A stretch of DNA of 64,000 bases from an uncultured Psychrobacter sp. (GTDB lineage: Bacteria > Pseudomonadota > Gammaproteobacteria > Pseudomonadales > Moraxellaceae): NCBI RefSeq assembly GCF_947500265.1, contig NZ_CANMRN010000005.1, forward strand, positions 159,307 to 223,306, written 5' to 3'. Both the position numbers and the translations under genes were made by a program. Position 1 is the first letter of the stretch, and the number at the start of each line of letters is the position of its first letter. The notes beneath the pieces are model-generated. The model ran no database searches. It had not been told where the DNA came from and saw only the letters and a list, made by a program, of their open reading frames with translations. Below, one piece after another: positions 1 through 10,812 of this stretch.

Positions 1-1418
1 ATACCTGACTCGGCGCTAAATCGGCGGCTCTCGGTTAGTTCTGCATGTACGGGTTGCAGTAGCGGAATGCGACATAGATCGGCCAGCACAGCTCCTGCAT
101 CGACGGCTGCCAACTGGTTAGCATCTCCTAATAGTATTAGCCTTGCACCTGGCTTTACCGCGCTCACAAGATAGTTAGCCAACTCAACTCCGAGCATAGA
201 TGCCTCATCAACGATGATAATATCCTCACCCAGTGGGTTGTTAGCATCGTAACGCGGTCTACCCGTTCGACCGATACCTAGTAGACGATGGATTGTTTTT
301 GCCTCTTGCAACTGCAGCTCTACATTTGCGTCGTCTAAAGCCGCCTGTAGAGACTCTTGCATACGCTGGGCTGCCTTACCCGTTGGCGCCGCTAATGCTA
401 GGCTAGCACTGTCTGTACTAAATCTAATATGTTCAGACTCATCTCCCCTACTCTCTGTCGCCTGTTGTAACGCGATAACCAATTGAGCAACGGTGTAGGT
501 TTTACCTGTCCCTGGGCCACCAGTAATGATACTAAATGCATTATTGTTCGCCACATTGATAGCGGCTATCTGTTGGTCATTTAAGTTCTCAGGCATAGCA
601 ATGTCTAAAGGCACTATCCGCTGATTCAAAATATGACTGATATGCTGTGCTAAATTAAACTCTGCCTGCCATGTGCGGTGTAACCAAAATGTGATTTTCG
701 AACTTTTGGTTACTTCATTTTTAGTTATACTATAAATAATTGGTTGATTATTTTTGCTTAGGCTATTTTGATTGTTGTTAAAATCAGTATCAGTATCACT
801 ATTCGCCTCAACATTAGCAAATAAAGCATGCTCATGGATTGAATGAACGAAAGTACTTAAGTCGCTATTTTTCAAGCGATGGTATAACGTAGTTATCGCA
901 TCAAAACGTTTGATCAACGTCCCTTTTTCATGATTACTCAGTGCTAGCTGCGCCCACAAATAATCTCGCTGACCAAACAAAGTATCTAGTAATACAAATA
1001 GCGATGTCTCCGTTGTAGTGTCATCGTCTAGTTGCGTGTTTGGTTGCGTGTTTATCTGAGTATCAATCAGCGCAAAAATTGGTGTCGCCAGTATCTCTAG
1101 TAAGTTCTGCTGCCATGCATATAACGTGACTATTTCCCCATTAATTTGCCCTTGCATGGGAGCTTCATGATCGGCTGTATCGACAATTAATACAGTATGG
1201 CCCTCTTCCAAATGAGCCGCTAAAATAACGAATAGAGCCGTAAATAAATCGCTATCTTCTGACTTACCGTTTCTTCTATTTTCATCGTTTGTCTTTGCAT
1301 CTGTCGCGTCATACGCTACATGCGTTTGTCGACGACGCAACAAGATATAATCGCTGATGTTACCGGCCCAGCTCTCTTGCAAGCTAATAGCTGACTTACT
1401 TTTATTATTATTACTCAT
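1..1418 (-). CDS. recD: Exodeoxyribonuclease V alpha subunit RecD (first ~472 codons; 3' end lies beyond the left window edge)
   Basis: The gene is edge-truncated, so it is absent from the ORF track. The minus-strand ATG is at 1418..1416, about 75 nt after the recB stop. Hand translation in that frame gives Walker A AFSIITGGPGTGKTYTVAQL (rc of 481-540) and Walker B IIIVDEASML (rc of ~190-235). Not every codon was checked for stops. Confidence 0.85.
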   Translation of the reverse strand, partial: MSNNNKSKSAISLQESWAGNISDYILLRRRQTHVAYDATDAKTNDENRRNGKSEDSDLFTALFVILAAHLEEGHTVLIVDTADHEAPMQGQINGEIVTLYAWQQNLLEILATPIFALIDTQINTQPNTQLDDDTTTETSLFVLLDTLFGQRDYLWAQLALSNHEKGTLIKRFDAITTLYHRLKNSDLSTFVHSIHEHALFANVEANSDTDTDFNNNQNSLSKNNQPIIYSITKNEVTKSSKITFWLHRTWQAEFNLAQHISHILNQRIVPLDIAMPENLNDQQIAAINVANNNAFSIITGGPGTGKTYTVAQLVIALQQATESRGDESEHIRFSTDSASLALAAPTGKAAQRMQESLQAALDDANVELQLQEAKTIHRLLGIGRTGRPRYDANNPLGEDIIIVDEASMLGVELANYLVSAVKPGARLILLGDANQLAAVDAGAVLADLCRIPLLQPVHAELTESRRFSAESG

Positions 1419-1492
1419 CGTATATTTATCTCTTATTAATCTGATTAACTGCTATAACAATTTTTGTCTACCTAGTTGCTATATAAGGTTTA

Positions 1493-4400
1493 TTAATCCG
1501 GTAGGCCAAACAATGCATCTAGACCTTTAATAAAGGCGATAGGAATATCCCAAGTGACCAATCCATAGCAACTGTTACTGCTCAAGCTATCGTGGTTAGA
1601 CTGAGCCCTATCTTTTGATGTAGGCATAGTAGCTGCTTGAGCATTCGGGTCATACACACCGCGTAAAAACACGTACTCTACAGCGCCTAAGTACTTATCT
1701 TCGTTACCCGTATAATCACTGATTCTCATAGCAAGGAACCGATGTAATGCTACTTGATAGATTGCTGCTTGTAGCCAGTAGCCTGCTTTGGACATTGCTT
1801 TCTTGAGCGTATCTTCATTGTAGTCGCTTAGGCTATTTCCTAGAAAGTTACTCTTATAATCGACCACATAATACTTGCCAGCATGCTCATACACTAAGTC
1901 AATCTCACCACGCAAATAACGATATAGATGTGCTTTATTTTGTGGCACTAGAGTAACGTGTTTATCTGTTTCGTCAGGTAAATACTGTTGGAAAAGCTTA
2001 CTAATATCCTGTGCTTTAAAATTCTCTGACAACCCCATGTTGAACTCTAACTCGGCAAATCGCTTACCTTTATCAAGAGCAATCAAGGGTTGATTGGAAG
2101 CTAATAGCGGCGCATGCAGCACCTCTTCAATCCAATTAACTAATGCCTCATGCTTGGTTGTGTCTATTGACTCAAGATCAAACCCATCACTATCTCTTTG
2201 TTTTTTGCCTTGGGATCTGCGGCTCTGCTGTTCAGCACTGCTATATATCAGCGGCAACTGATAGCTATTAATCGCTCTATCAATAACCTGATGCCACTGG
2301 GCTTTATTAGTGAAATCGATTTGTTCAAATATCTCATGCAAAAACGTACCGGCATTGGCACCTTTTACAAAGGTAAAGCGGATATCATCTTCTACCTTGA
2401 AGCTTATTTCACTGTCTTGTTCGAGAGACTCTTTGCTATTCAGTGAAGAAAGGTCTGAAACAGAAGACTCTGTCATATCAATATCTATCGCATCATCAAT
2501 ACGCTCATCCACTATCGCCATTGCTTGTGTAGATTCATCTAGCTGACGCGCTAAGGCGGTAAAACTGGTCTTGGCCCAGCCATAAAAATAATTGGTTTTC
2601 ATAACCTCAGCAAAGGGCGCGTACTCAATAGCCTCTGTCGTAGGCTTATGAGCATTTGACTTGGTAGCAGCCATCTGAACATTGTCATTTATACCTGCTG
2701 AGTTAGCATTATTGCTTGCGTAATTATTGTCATAGAACTCATTAACCTTATGACCTCTAAGCATACCTACAATGCCTTTGAGCCTATCAGGTAGCTCGAA
2801 CTTTGCTTCTGGCGATTCAAACCAATAGAACACTGGTTTTAGCTCAAACCCTGTTTTGTTACTCGGATCTCGTAACACAACATAAAGCTGCTCACTGGCT
2901 CGAGTAAATGCCACATAGCCAAGCCGTCTTATCTCATCAAAACCTTCTTGTGTCTCGATATCCGTATAGTAACCCTCATCCGTGGCAGAGCCTTGCAATG
3001 GTGAGAAGCGGCGCTGATTACCCGATTGATTATTTGTCGACTGCTGAACTTCTATCGACTGCCGCACTAGCGCTGAAGGCGCTTGTTGCGCATTATATAG
3101 ATACAGCCCATAGTCTTCCTTATTACCAGACTTCCTACTGGCATCACCCATTCCCAATACATAGACAATAGGGAATTCAAGCCCTTTTGACTTATGAATG
3201 GTCATCAGTTGCACGCCAGATTCTGTCGGTAGCGGATATTGCTTAGCCCAATCACTGTTGGGTGCTGTATCTATCTGCTGTCTGAACCACGCCAACAACT
3301 CATACTCACCCATTCCTAAACCATACTGCGCCAAGATATCCATCACATGACGCAAGTCCATGATATGGCGATCGCCTTCTGGATGAGCAGCTAAGGCCTG
3401 CCAAACACCTTGCGGCTGCACAGGGCTTTTATCTAATAAATAATGTAGCGCCGATAAGATGCCAAAGTGCTGCCAACGCTGTGCCCCTTCTTTTAGATAG
3501 GTAATAAAGTCTTGATAGCTCTTTTTAATATCAGTAGCTTCATTGGCTGGGTGGTCTTTCGAATTAGACTTATTTGAATGGGCGCTTGGTGTACTGCTAC
3601 CCTCGGTAATGCCTGACTCATGATCCGTCATCATGGCTTTGATGTTTTTGATACTCAGTCCATATAGGTGGCTGGTCAACACCCGATTAATCATGTCATG
3701 ACGATACGGATATAGCATGGCACTCAGTAATGCTGCCACATCTTCTGCCATGATAGTCTCAAAGATACTGACGTCACTGGTGGTCAAGGTCGGCACATTA
3801 AGTTTTACTAGCTCGTCTTCGACCCTTTTCAGATCTTTTTTGGCACGTGCTAGCACCCCAATATCACTCGGCTGAATCGGCTTACCTTTAAGTGTCTGAC
3901 CACTATTAAGCAAAGTGGCTATATGGCGAGCTGTGATTTCATGTTCATCATAATCAAACTCTTTGTCCTTGTCATAAGGCAGGTGCAATAAGCTCACTGG
4001 CTGAGCAGAAAGCACCTCTGTCACTAGCACATCATCCAGACTATCTGACTCATTAAACCAAGACAGCTCATATTCCGGTTTTGCCGCTTTGATATGTTGG
4101 TAGTAAATACCAGTACCCAACTGCGACAGCCTATTCTCAGCAGTTGTTGCATCAGCCATACCAAACCAGCAGTTCAATGCGTTAATCACACCCGCATTAG
4201 AACGGCGATTGATATCAAGTGTCCAAAGCGTACTCTTGTCAAACTGGGCTTTCATATAATTATAGTTGGCCACATCGCCACCACGAAACCCATAAATAGC
4301 CTGTTTGGGATCGCCAACCAATAGCAGAAACTCATGATTGGTTTTGTTAGTGGTTGATTGCTTGTCACTGTCCGACTGTTTACGCTTATTCTTTGGCAAA

Positions 4401-6043
4401 TAAATGCTTTCAATCATAATGGCTTGCTCGCCATTGATATCTTGCGACTCATCAATCAACGCCACAGGATAGTGATGACGAATATAACGCGCCAGCTTAT
4501 CTCCTTGACGACCAGTTAATGCTTGGTTTAAGCGTACCATTTGTAAACTAAAAGTCGTCTCGCCACGCTCTTCCAAAATGACTGGCAGCCTATTGCGCAC
4601 AGCAAGCACAATATGGCGGTTAAGATTGGCTAATACCAACAAAATATGCTGATTTAAACTATCAAGCATGTCTAAGATAGCCATTAACTTACTAATGGTC
4701 TCTAGCTCAAAAAGTGTCTGATGCTCTTTTTCTTTATTCTTATTAAAGTTCTTAATTTTGCCATCTTCATCGGGATATCTAGAATCCTGCAATGATGTCA
4801 AAATCTTATTCTCGCTCTCATTTAAATAGCTATTAAATGCTAGCTGATACTCTGATATCTTTTGATGCACCTCAATAATGGCATCAAACTGTTTGGTTAA
4901 ATTAGAACCACCACGGAATCCTTGAGACTTTCTATAATCAGGATTTAAATAAGGCTGAATATCTGCTAAATCTAACTGAGAAAACTCATTGATTAGCTTT
5001 TCGTATGCATCAAAATCAAAGCTTTTCTCATGCCTTATCTCATCAATCGGCGCAGAGATAAAATTAAGCGAGCGAGTTACGTATTTCTTATGATCGCCAA
5101 CTGCAGTCAGCTTACCTTGCTGATCCATTAGCGCGTAAAGTTTAGGCTGCTCATAATACAAACGGCTTTGAAACTGACGCAGCTCATCATGAATAATGCT
5201 GTCAGTCACCTGGTCAATACTGCTGTCTTCAATAATCCCCATGCCCTGCTGGTGACCCGTTTCGCTACTGTACTCCGTCAGCCATTTTTGCGCCAAGCTA
5301 TCGAGCGTGCCTACGAATAGCTTATCTAGGGTGGTTAGTACTAATGCGGTACGCCTGATAGCTTCCGCCATTGGGTAACTGTACACGTGATCTAGCAAAT
5401 AACCGACAAGATGCAAATTAATAGGATCTTGCATGATGCCGTCTAAGCGCACATATTTGGCCTGATTAACCAGCCAATCTTCACGGTCTTTCTTTGCCTG
5501 TTTACATTGCTCAGCCGCCGCTTGCTTATCAGCAGCAAGGTCTTGATTCAAATCGTTAATATCTATTTCAACATTTGCATCAGTACTTGAGTCATTATCT
5601 GCTTGTGCGTCTTTATCCTTATCCTTATCATTCTCAGGCATGACTTGCAGTATGTTGGGATAGAGACTCTCTTTATTGCTAATATCAGCACTTAGGCTAT
5701 TGACCCATTGTAATAGCTGATAGAAATCTACCAAACGATCATGAATACGTTGACGCATTTCGGCAGCGGCAGCTCGAGTAAAAGTCGTGGCGATGATTTG
5801 CTCTGGTGCACGTCGCGCTTCGATCAGTAGGCGTAGTACAATACCGGTCAGCGTCCAAGTTTTGCCCGTGCCCGCTGAGGCTTCAATCAGGTGTTTACCC
5901 GTCAGATCAACATCAACTGCCGGTATGACATCATTTTTACGTTCAGGCACAGCAGATAAAGGCAGCTCATCTGAATATTCATCAAATAAATTCGGTTGTG
6001 TAGACAAGTCAATTGTATTGGTTGGATCGCTAAGGTCTGTCAT
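1493..6043 (-). CDS. recB: Exodeoxyribonuclease V beta subunit RecB (helicase-nuclease), expanded form
   Basis: 1516-aa ORF. It has a UvrD-type Walker A (EASAGTGKTWT), helicase motif LLLVGDPKQAIYGFRGGD and a C-terminal PD-(D/E)XK nuclease (GEIDLVYEHAGKYYVVDYKSN). It lies between recC and recD. It is about 330 aa longer than E. coli RecB (1180 aa) because of acidic low-complexity inserts such as ENDKDKDKDAQADND. Confidence 0.95.
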   Translation of the reverse strand: MTDLSDPTNTIDLSTQPNLFDEYSDELPLSAVPERKNDVIPAVDVDLTGKHLIEASAGTGKTWTLTGIVLRLLIEARRAPEQIIATTFTRAAAAEMRQRIHDRLVDFYQLLQWVNSLSADISNKESLYPNILQVMPENDKDKDKDAQADNDSSTDANVEIDINDLNQDLAADKQAAAEQCKQAKKDREDWLVNQAKYVRLDGIMQDPINLHLVGYLLDHVYSYPMAEAIRRTALVLTTLDKLFVGTLDSLAQKWLTEYSSETGHQQGMGIIEDSSIDQVTDSIIHDELRQFQSRLYYEQPKLYALMDQQGKLTAVGDHKKYVTRSLNFISAPIDEIRHEKSFDFDAYEKLINEFSQLDLADIQPYLNPDYRKSQGFRGGSNLTKQFDAIIEVHQKISEYQLAFNSYLNESENKILTSLQDSRYPDEDGKIKNFNKNKEKEHQTLFELETISKLMAILDMLDSLNQHILLVLANLNRHIVLAVRNRLPVILEERGETTFSLQMVRLNQALTGRQGDKLARYIRHHYPVALIDESQDINGEQAIMIESIYLPKNKRKQSDSDKQSTTNKTNHEFLLLVGDPKQAIYGFRGGDVANYNYMKAQFDKSTLWTLDINRRSNAGVINALNCWFGMADATTAENRLSQLGTGIYYQHIKAAKPEYELSWFNESDSLDDVLVTEVLSAQPVSLLHLPYDKDKEFDYDEHEITARHIATLLNSGQTLKGKPIQPSDIGVLARAKKDLKRVEDELVKLNVPTLTTSDVSIFETIMAEDVAALLSAMLYPYRHDMINRVLTSHLYGLSIKNIKAMMTDHESGITEGSSTPSAHSNKSNSKDHPANEATDIKKSYQDFITYLKEGAQRWQHFGILSALHYLLDKSPVQPQGVWQALAAHPEGDRHIMDLRHVMDILAQYGLGMGEYELLAWFRQQIDTAPNSDWAKQYPLPTESGVQLMTIHKSKGLEFPIVYVLGMGDASRKSGNKEDYGLYLYNAQQAPSALVRQSIEVQQSTNNQSGNQRRFSPLQGSATDEGYYTDIETQEGFDEIRRLGYVAFTRASEQLYVVLRDPSNKTGFELKPVFYWFESPEAKFELPDRLKGIVGMLRGHKVNEFYDNNYASNNANSAGINDNVQMAATKSNAHKPTTEAIEYAPFAEVMKTNYFYGWAKTSFTALARQLDESTQAMAIVDERIDDAIDIDMTESSVSDLSSLNSKESLEQDSEISFKVEDDIRFTFVKGANAGTFLHEIFEQIDFTNKAQWHQVIDRAINSYQLPLIYSSAEQQSRRSQGKKQRDSDGFDLESIDTTKHEALVNWIEEVLHAPLLASNQPLIALDKGKRFAELEFNMGLSENFKAQDISKLFQQYLPDETDKHVTLVPQNKAHLYRYLRGEIDLVYEHAGKYYVVDYKSNFLGNSLSDYNEDTLKKAMSKAGYWLQAAIYQVALHRFLAMRISDYTGNEDKYLGAVEYVFLRGVYDPNAQAATMPTSKDRAQSNHDSLSSNSCYGLVTWDIPIAFIKGLDALFGLPD

Positions 6044-6072
6044 ATGGGCGCATACTTTTAATTATTATTTAT

Positions 6073-6247
6073 TAGGGCGTGTCTTTAATTTACTCGATAG
6101 TTATCTAAATGGGCTAAAAACAGCTAAATTTTGCCAAACATCGTTAAATAGCTGGTTAATATCCCGATATTATCTGCACTATTTTCCTCGTTTGGCGGCA
6201 ATTTATCTCATTTTTATCACCATTTTTGAAATGAAGACACGCCCTAG
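6073..6247. mobile_element. MITE-like non-autonomous element, copy A (175 bp, terminal inverted repeats TAGGGCGTGTCTT / AAGACACGCCCTA)
   Basis: A second 175-bp copy lies at 42301-42475 in the same orientation. My hand alignment gives about 18 mismatches and no indels. The termini are perfect inverted repeats. There is no coding capacity. It fills 175 of the 248 nt between the recC stop and the recB start. Confidence 0.7.
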
Positions 6248-6291
6248 AACAAGATAGCAAAAACTAATTAGAGGCTGTTCTAGATAATGGG

Positions 6292-9200
6292 CTAACCATC
6301 TAAGTTAGTTAACGCATTAAACATCGGCGCGTATAATGGCTGGGCTAATGTAGTCAGAGCTGCCGATAGCGCTTTGAATGCATCTTGGTCACGTAGCACG
6401 TACTGCCAAATAGTATGCTGCGAGCAAGTATCGTATACCGTGTCTGAGTTATAGTTAGGTCTTAACCAGTCGGAGAAGTCGGCCCGTTTTGGCCAGTAGC
6501 GGTTGCTGTCACCTTCTTCAGCTGTTAGATACTTATCAAGGTAATTAAGTGCATATTCTGGTAATAACGTAATAGGCACTTGACCCGTTAACTTACCAAA
6601 AACAGCCCATTTTATCAGCTCAATCACAGCATCTTCATACATAATCGGACTTAGTTTAAATGCGATTACTTTCTCATATTTTTTGACTTGTGCACTAGGC
6701 TTATTAAAGCGCCAAATACTCACGCCATCATTTAATACCACTTGCTCGGCAGTGGTACGTCTGGCCACTTGCCAATACAAATGTGACAACCAAAACTTGA
6801 GTAAATGCCTAGGACTGGCAGAATTGGGTAATATGTTTAACCACTGCTTAGGTGATTGCTGAGCATAAGGCACGCCCGCCTGAATAATTGATATGGGTGC
6901 TAATATTGGTACTGAGCCTTTAATCTTAATGATTTTTGGCAGCAGCTTAAGCAGTGTTTCTATACCCTCTATATCTGTCTGGTCTTTTGAATCATTATCA
7001 GTGTTATTCAGTATATTTTTTAGCTCTATCTGAACAGGATATTCGGCGGTTGGGGTCAGTAGCTGTAATACACTGCTGATATCTGCCGTACTCTCGTTGA
7101 GAACACTGCTTTCGTCAAAGCCATTAGCCATTAACTGCTCTTTGAACTCTAGACATTGCTGTTGCAGTTTCTTTTGTTGATTGGGTAGCGTGGTTTGGCG
7201 AGCGACACCAGCGGGCATGATTTTTTGATACATCAGGATTGGAATGATGGTTTCAGCCGCTGCATTACTATCATTCTTTTTAGCCTCATCAGTAACCAAC
7301 TGTTTAATCAAATGATCTTTGATTTGATAGGTAATTAAATTGTTTAGAAATAGCGGCTCTTGCTGCGACAGTGCTTCTTCACCTTGTACCACATGCACTT
7401 TTTGAGACCGTAAGAACGCTTTGGCAGGATGTCGCACTTGGTAAGCCAACACCCCTTCAATATCTATCTCTCCGATGTTAAATATACTATCGGATAACAC
7501 TTGGATGAGCGCTTCTGTCATGCTATTGACATTGCTAGTATCGACAACCGTATCTAGCGCCAATAGTTCGACCAATGCAGACAAGGTTTGATTGTCTACT
7601 TGACCTAGCTGACCCAAGCCTTGGCCAAGCACCTGAGCGATTGACTCATACTCCGCCTTCGTGGGTAAGCCCACCAACTCTTTATGCTCACTAGATACTC
7701 GACCTTTTAATGTGTCGAACACCGCTTGCCAAAGCGGTGCAGGCGGAAACTGCTTTTTCTGAGCCAGTTTGGTTTTGCGCATGGCTGTATTTAATAAAGT
7801 ATCCAACTCATCAATCATATCGACAGGGCTAGAATCCTGAGCGTTAGCATTAGCATTAACGTTGGCATTAGCATTGTCATCAATATCAGGAGACACTTGC
7901 TCAAAAACATCAGTGCCTTCGATTGCTGTCTCAAACAGACTCTCATGAAAAGGTAGTGCAGGATGCTCAGTCACCAACCACTGCTTAATCAATTTAGGCA
8001 AATAGCGCTTAAGGCTTTCCGTGGTAGGATCAATATTCTCGGGTAATGTCTCAAGCGAGTTCACCTGCCATTGCACCTCGCCTTGCAAAAACTGCAATAG
8101 CTCACTCACTGGATTGGCTGGCAAATGCTCATGGGTGTCCGTCAAGCTTTGGCCATTGTAGAACATCCAACATGCACTGCGCGCGCACAGTAGCGCATCT
8201 AAAAATGCGCCGTTGTCATCATCTTCACTAACTCTGTCACCACGGCGTGCATTGGTCGCTTTCATCAAATCATAGCGGTTATCTCGGTCACGCCCCGGAA
8301 ACTCAGAGAGATCCATATTGAGCATCACCACCAGCTCAAATGGCACGTTTCTTAGTGCACCGAATCGACCAAAGGTAATCACCCCCGTCGGCTCCGCACT
8401 GACTTGCTGACTTTCAAGCTCGTTTTCGATACTGTCTAGCATAAAGCTCAGCTTGAGTGGCAATTGCTCCACACCTGCCAGCCTCTGCTCTACTTCTCTG
8501 TTATCGATATCACCACTAGCGTACTGCCTATAGTGACGATTGGCTCGCAGACTTGATTTAAAACCATTCATCGCGTTGTAAATGGCGCGCATGGTACGCG
8601 TTTGATCCACATCGCCAAAGTAGCGATGGATAACTTGTGTCTCAATCTGGTCGAGCCAATCTTCCGCTTTCATTTTTTGTGTATGGTCATCACGACGTGC
8701 AACCAAACCAGTATAAATGCGGCAAAGCGCTTCAACAATCAACGCATCATTTAGGCTCACTTGTGGTAAAGGCAAGGTCATTTCTGGTAACGCAGTGCTT
8801 GGCCATTCATCCTCATCTAAAGGATACAAGCAGTCGCTCAACTCAGCCTCTGGCATGACTAGACCTAGGGTCAATCTGTCTAACGCTTGCGCAAAGCTAA
8901 AGCGATAGTCATAGTCATTACTATCCAAAGTTTGCTTAAGATGCAACTCATCAAAACCGCGAATAAAGCCCGCCTCTACCAACAAATCACAGCCACGGCT
9001 CATCTGCTCGTGAGTCAGTCCAAAGCTTTCAAACAAGGGCGGTAACATGAGCCAGTCTAAGACTTCAGCTGCTTCAAAACGGGCACTATGGCTACCCAAT
9101 AGTTTGTAAAAACCGATAATCGCTTCCCATAATTGGCGAATATCGGCGTCAACAACACCAGTCACTTTAGCAGGCAAAGTCAAGCCGTCTTGACCCTTAC

Positions 9201-10812
9201 CATTGATGAAGATAGACCCAATCAATGCATGATGACGTTCAACATCAGGTAGCAGCACAACGATGTCGGAGATATGGCGTTTTTTCTCACCGGGCTTGAT
9301 AGGTTCATTTAGCCAACGACCAATCATAATGCGCAGCACTTCAAGCTGACGCTGCAAACTATGACACGAATGAATGCTTAGGCTATTATCTTGCGAAGAA
9401 ATTGCCCAAAAACGGTCTTTCTCAAAACGCTTATTCTCTAACGCTTCATCTTCATACCAAGCCGTTGCTGGCTTCTCTTCATCAAAGCTTGACTCTATAT
9501 GCTTACTTACTGCTTGTGAGACTGTAGCAGCCGTTGCTTGCTGGGTCGATTGCTCATCAAGCATCAATACATCATTTTGCAAACGTTTTAATAAGCTCAG
9601 GTTACCTTGCGTATCTTGAGTACTGACAGCGTCATCAGCAGCATCTATGCTTTCATACTCGTAATGACCGAGCGCATTATCTACACTATTATCAAAGTTA
9701 TCTTGCCATTCGACTAGCGCATCGTCGTATTGCTCATTACCTGATAAGTTGGCAAGCATGGCAAACGCATCGCGCGACTGCTTGCCCAAACGCGATAGCA
9801 AGCTATGACCATAATCACGTAAAAACACACTCTCAGGGTTGATAATCTGCTGACGCTGTAACCAAGCTTTATCAACGATATCTGCCCAGAACAGCTTTGA
9901 TGGATTGTAATGTAATAGCGTGATATTCATGTATTGTGACAAGCGCTGTAGAAAATCAAGCTCGGTCTGTGGCAGTTGCTGAATGGTAAATATACGCAGT
10001 ACTTTGGGCAACTGATCGCGCTCATTTGCCTTGTTACCTTTTAAAGCTGACCAGAACGCACGCTCCAGTGCCACACGGTGTAGATGAACATCAGCAAACA
10101 AATGCGACCATAAAAAACGTTGGGCAATTTCCAACTCAACATAATGCTCGACCAACCACTCAGGCGTACCGCGCGCATACTTATCAAAGCGCAGGGATAA
10201 GGCGTCTTTATCCGCTATCAACTCACTTACGTTCAACTGCTTATTTTGCGACCATAATGCCAACCAATCCTCACGGTGAGTCAAATAGCGGTTAAACACC
10301 CTAGCCAAATCGCTTGCCAGTTGCCAAATACGAGCATCTTGTTGCGCCTTATCCTGTTGTAAGCTGTCTTGTTGAGCAATTGCCTGTGGGTCATCAATCA
10401 AAGACGCTAGCAACGGATGAACTGGATGCTTTTCATCTGCAACAATCGACTCCTGATAATAAGTTAAATAACCAAACAATCGCCACTGCATTACTGTCGG
10501 TGATAACACCGCCACTTCGGGTACATTTAGAGTTGTCGCTTCAGGGTTTTGCGCCAGTAAGTATGCATTATGGCGAGTCAGGACATCTTGCATCAGCGTC
10601 CATTGATACTGGCCCCAAAACTTAGTACGCACCAAGGTACTAATACCAGCACGGCTAGCAATAGTTTTGTCTAACCAATCACCCAATACCATTGACGGTA
10701 CAATGACAATAAAGGGTTCAAAAACCGGCTGATCCTTGGACTGGTATTGTACAAGCAATTGATCAACGAGGTTTTCGGTGCGGTGCGACTGAATAATAGT
10801 GAACATAGACAA
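6292..10812 (-). CDS. recC: Exodeoxyribonuclease V gamma subunit RecC, expanded form
   Basis: 1506-aa ORF directly upstream of recB-recD. The N-terminus MFTIIQSHRTENLVDQL follows the RecC start pattern (E. coli MLRVYHSNRLDVL). The call rests on operon position and size class. E. coli RecC is 1122 aa. Confidence 0.85.
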   Translation of the reverse strand: MSMFTIIQSHRTENLVDQLLVQYQSKDQPVFEPFIVIVPSMVLGDWLDKTIASRAGISTLVRTKFWGQYQWTLMQDVLTRHNAYLLAQNPEATTLNVPEVAVLSPTVMQWRLFGYLTYYQESIVADEKHPVHPLLASLIDDPQAIAQQDSLQQDKAQQDARIWQLASDLARVFNRYLTHREDWLALWSQNKQLNVSELIADKDALSLRFDKYARGTPEWLVEHYVELEIAQRFLWSHLFADVHLHRVALERAFWSALKGNKANERDQLPKVLRIFTIQQLPQTELDFLQRLSQYMNITLLHYNPSKLFWADIVDKAWLQRQQIINPESVFLRDYGHSLLSRLGKQSRDAFAMLANLSGNEQYDDALVEWQDNFDNSVDNALGHYEYESIDAADDAVSTQDTQGNLSLLKRLQNDVLMLDEQSTQQATAATVSQAVSKHIESSFDEEKPATAWYEDEALENKRFEKDRFWAISSQDNSLSIHSCHSLQRQLEVLRIMIGRWLNEPIKPGEKKRHISDIVVLLPDVERHHALIGSIFINGKGQDGLTLPAKVTGVVDADIRQLWEAIIGFYKLLGSHSARFEAAEVLDWLMLPPLFESFGLTHEQMSRGCDLLVEAGFIRGFDELHLKQTLDSNDYDYRFSFAQALDRLTLGLVMPEAELSDCLYPLDEDEWPSTALPEMTLPLPQVSLNDALIVEALCRIYTGLVARRDDHTQKMKAEDWLDQIETQVIHRYFGDVDQTRTMRAIYNAMNGFKSSLRANRHYRQYASGDIDNREVEQRLAGVEQLPLKLSFMLDSIENELESQQVSAEPTGVITFGRFGALRNVPFELVVMLNMDLSEFPGRDRDNRYDLMKATNARRGDRVSEDDDNGAFLDALLCARSACWMFYNGQSLTDTHEHLPANPVSELLQFLQGEVQWQVNSLETLPENIDPTTESLKRYLPKLIKQWLVTEHPALPFHESLFETAIEGTDVFEQVSPDIDDNANANVNANANAQDSSPVDMIDELDTLLNTAMRKTKLAQKKQFPPAPLWQAVFDTLKGRVSSEHKELVGLPTKAEYESIAQVLGQGLGQLGQVDNQTLSALVELLALDTVVDTSNVNSMTEALIQVLSDSIFNIGEIDIEGVLAYQVRHPAKAFLRSQKVHVVQGEEALSQQEPLFLNNLITYQIKDHLIKQLVTDEAKKNDSNAAAETIIPILMYQKIMPAGVARQTTLPNQQKKLQQQCLEFKEQLMANGFDESSVLNESTADISSVLQLLTPTAEYPVQIELKNILNNTDNDSKDQTDIEGIETLLKLLPKIIKIKGSVPILAPISIIQAGVPYAQQSPKQWLNILPNSASPRHLLKFWLSHLYWQVARRTTAEQVVLNDGVSIWRFNKPSAQVKKYEKVIAFKLSPIMYEDAVIELIKWAVFGKLTGQVPITLLPEYALNYLDKYLTAEEGDSNRYWPKRADFSDWLRPNYNSDTVYDTCSQHTIWQYVLRDQDAFKALSAALTTLAQPLYAPMFNALTNLDG

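Noticed and set aside
2198-4324. Plus-strand ORFs 2198..2446, 2310..2546, 2908..3171 and 4094..4324 inside recB
   Set aside because: They are antisense shadow ORFs within a long, well-supported minus-strand gene. They have no SD sequences or recognisable motifs.
5787-6257. 156-aa plus-strand ORF spanning the recB start and the whole MITE copy
   Set aside because: It runs antisense through the recB N-terminus and then through a non-coding repeat that has a second, diverged copy elsewhere. It is an artefact of an open frame.
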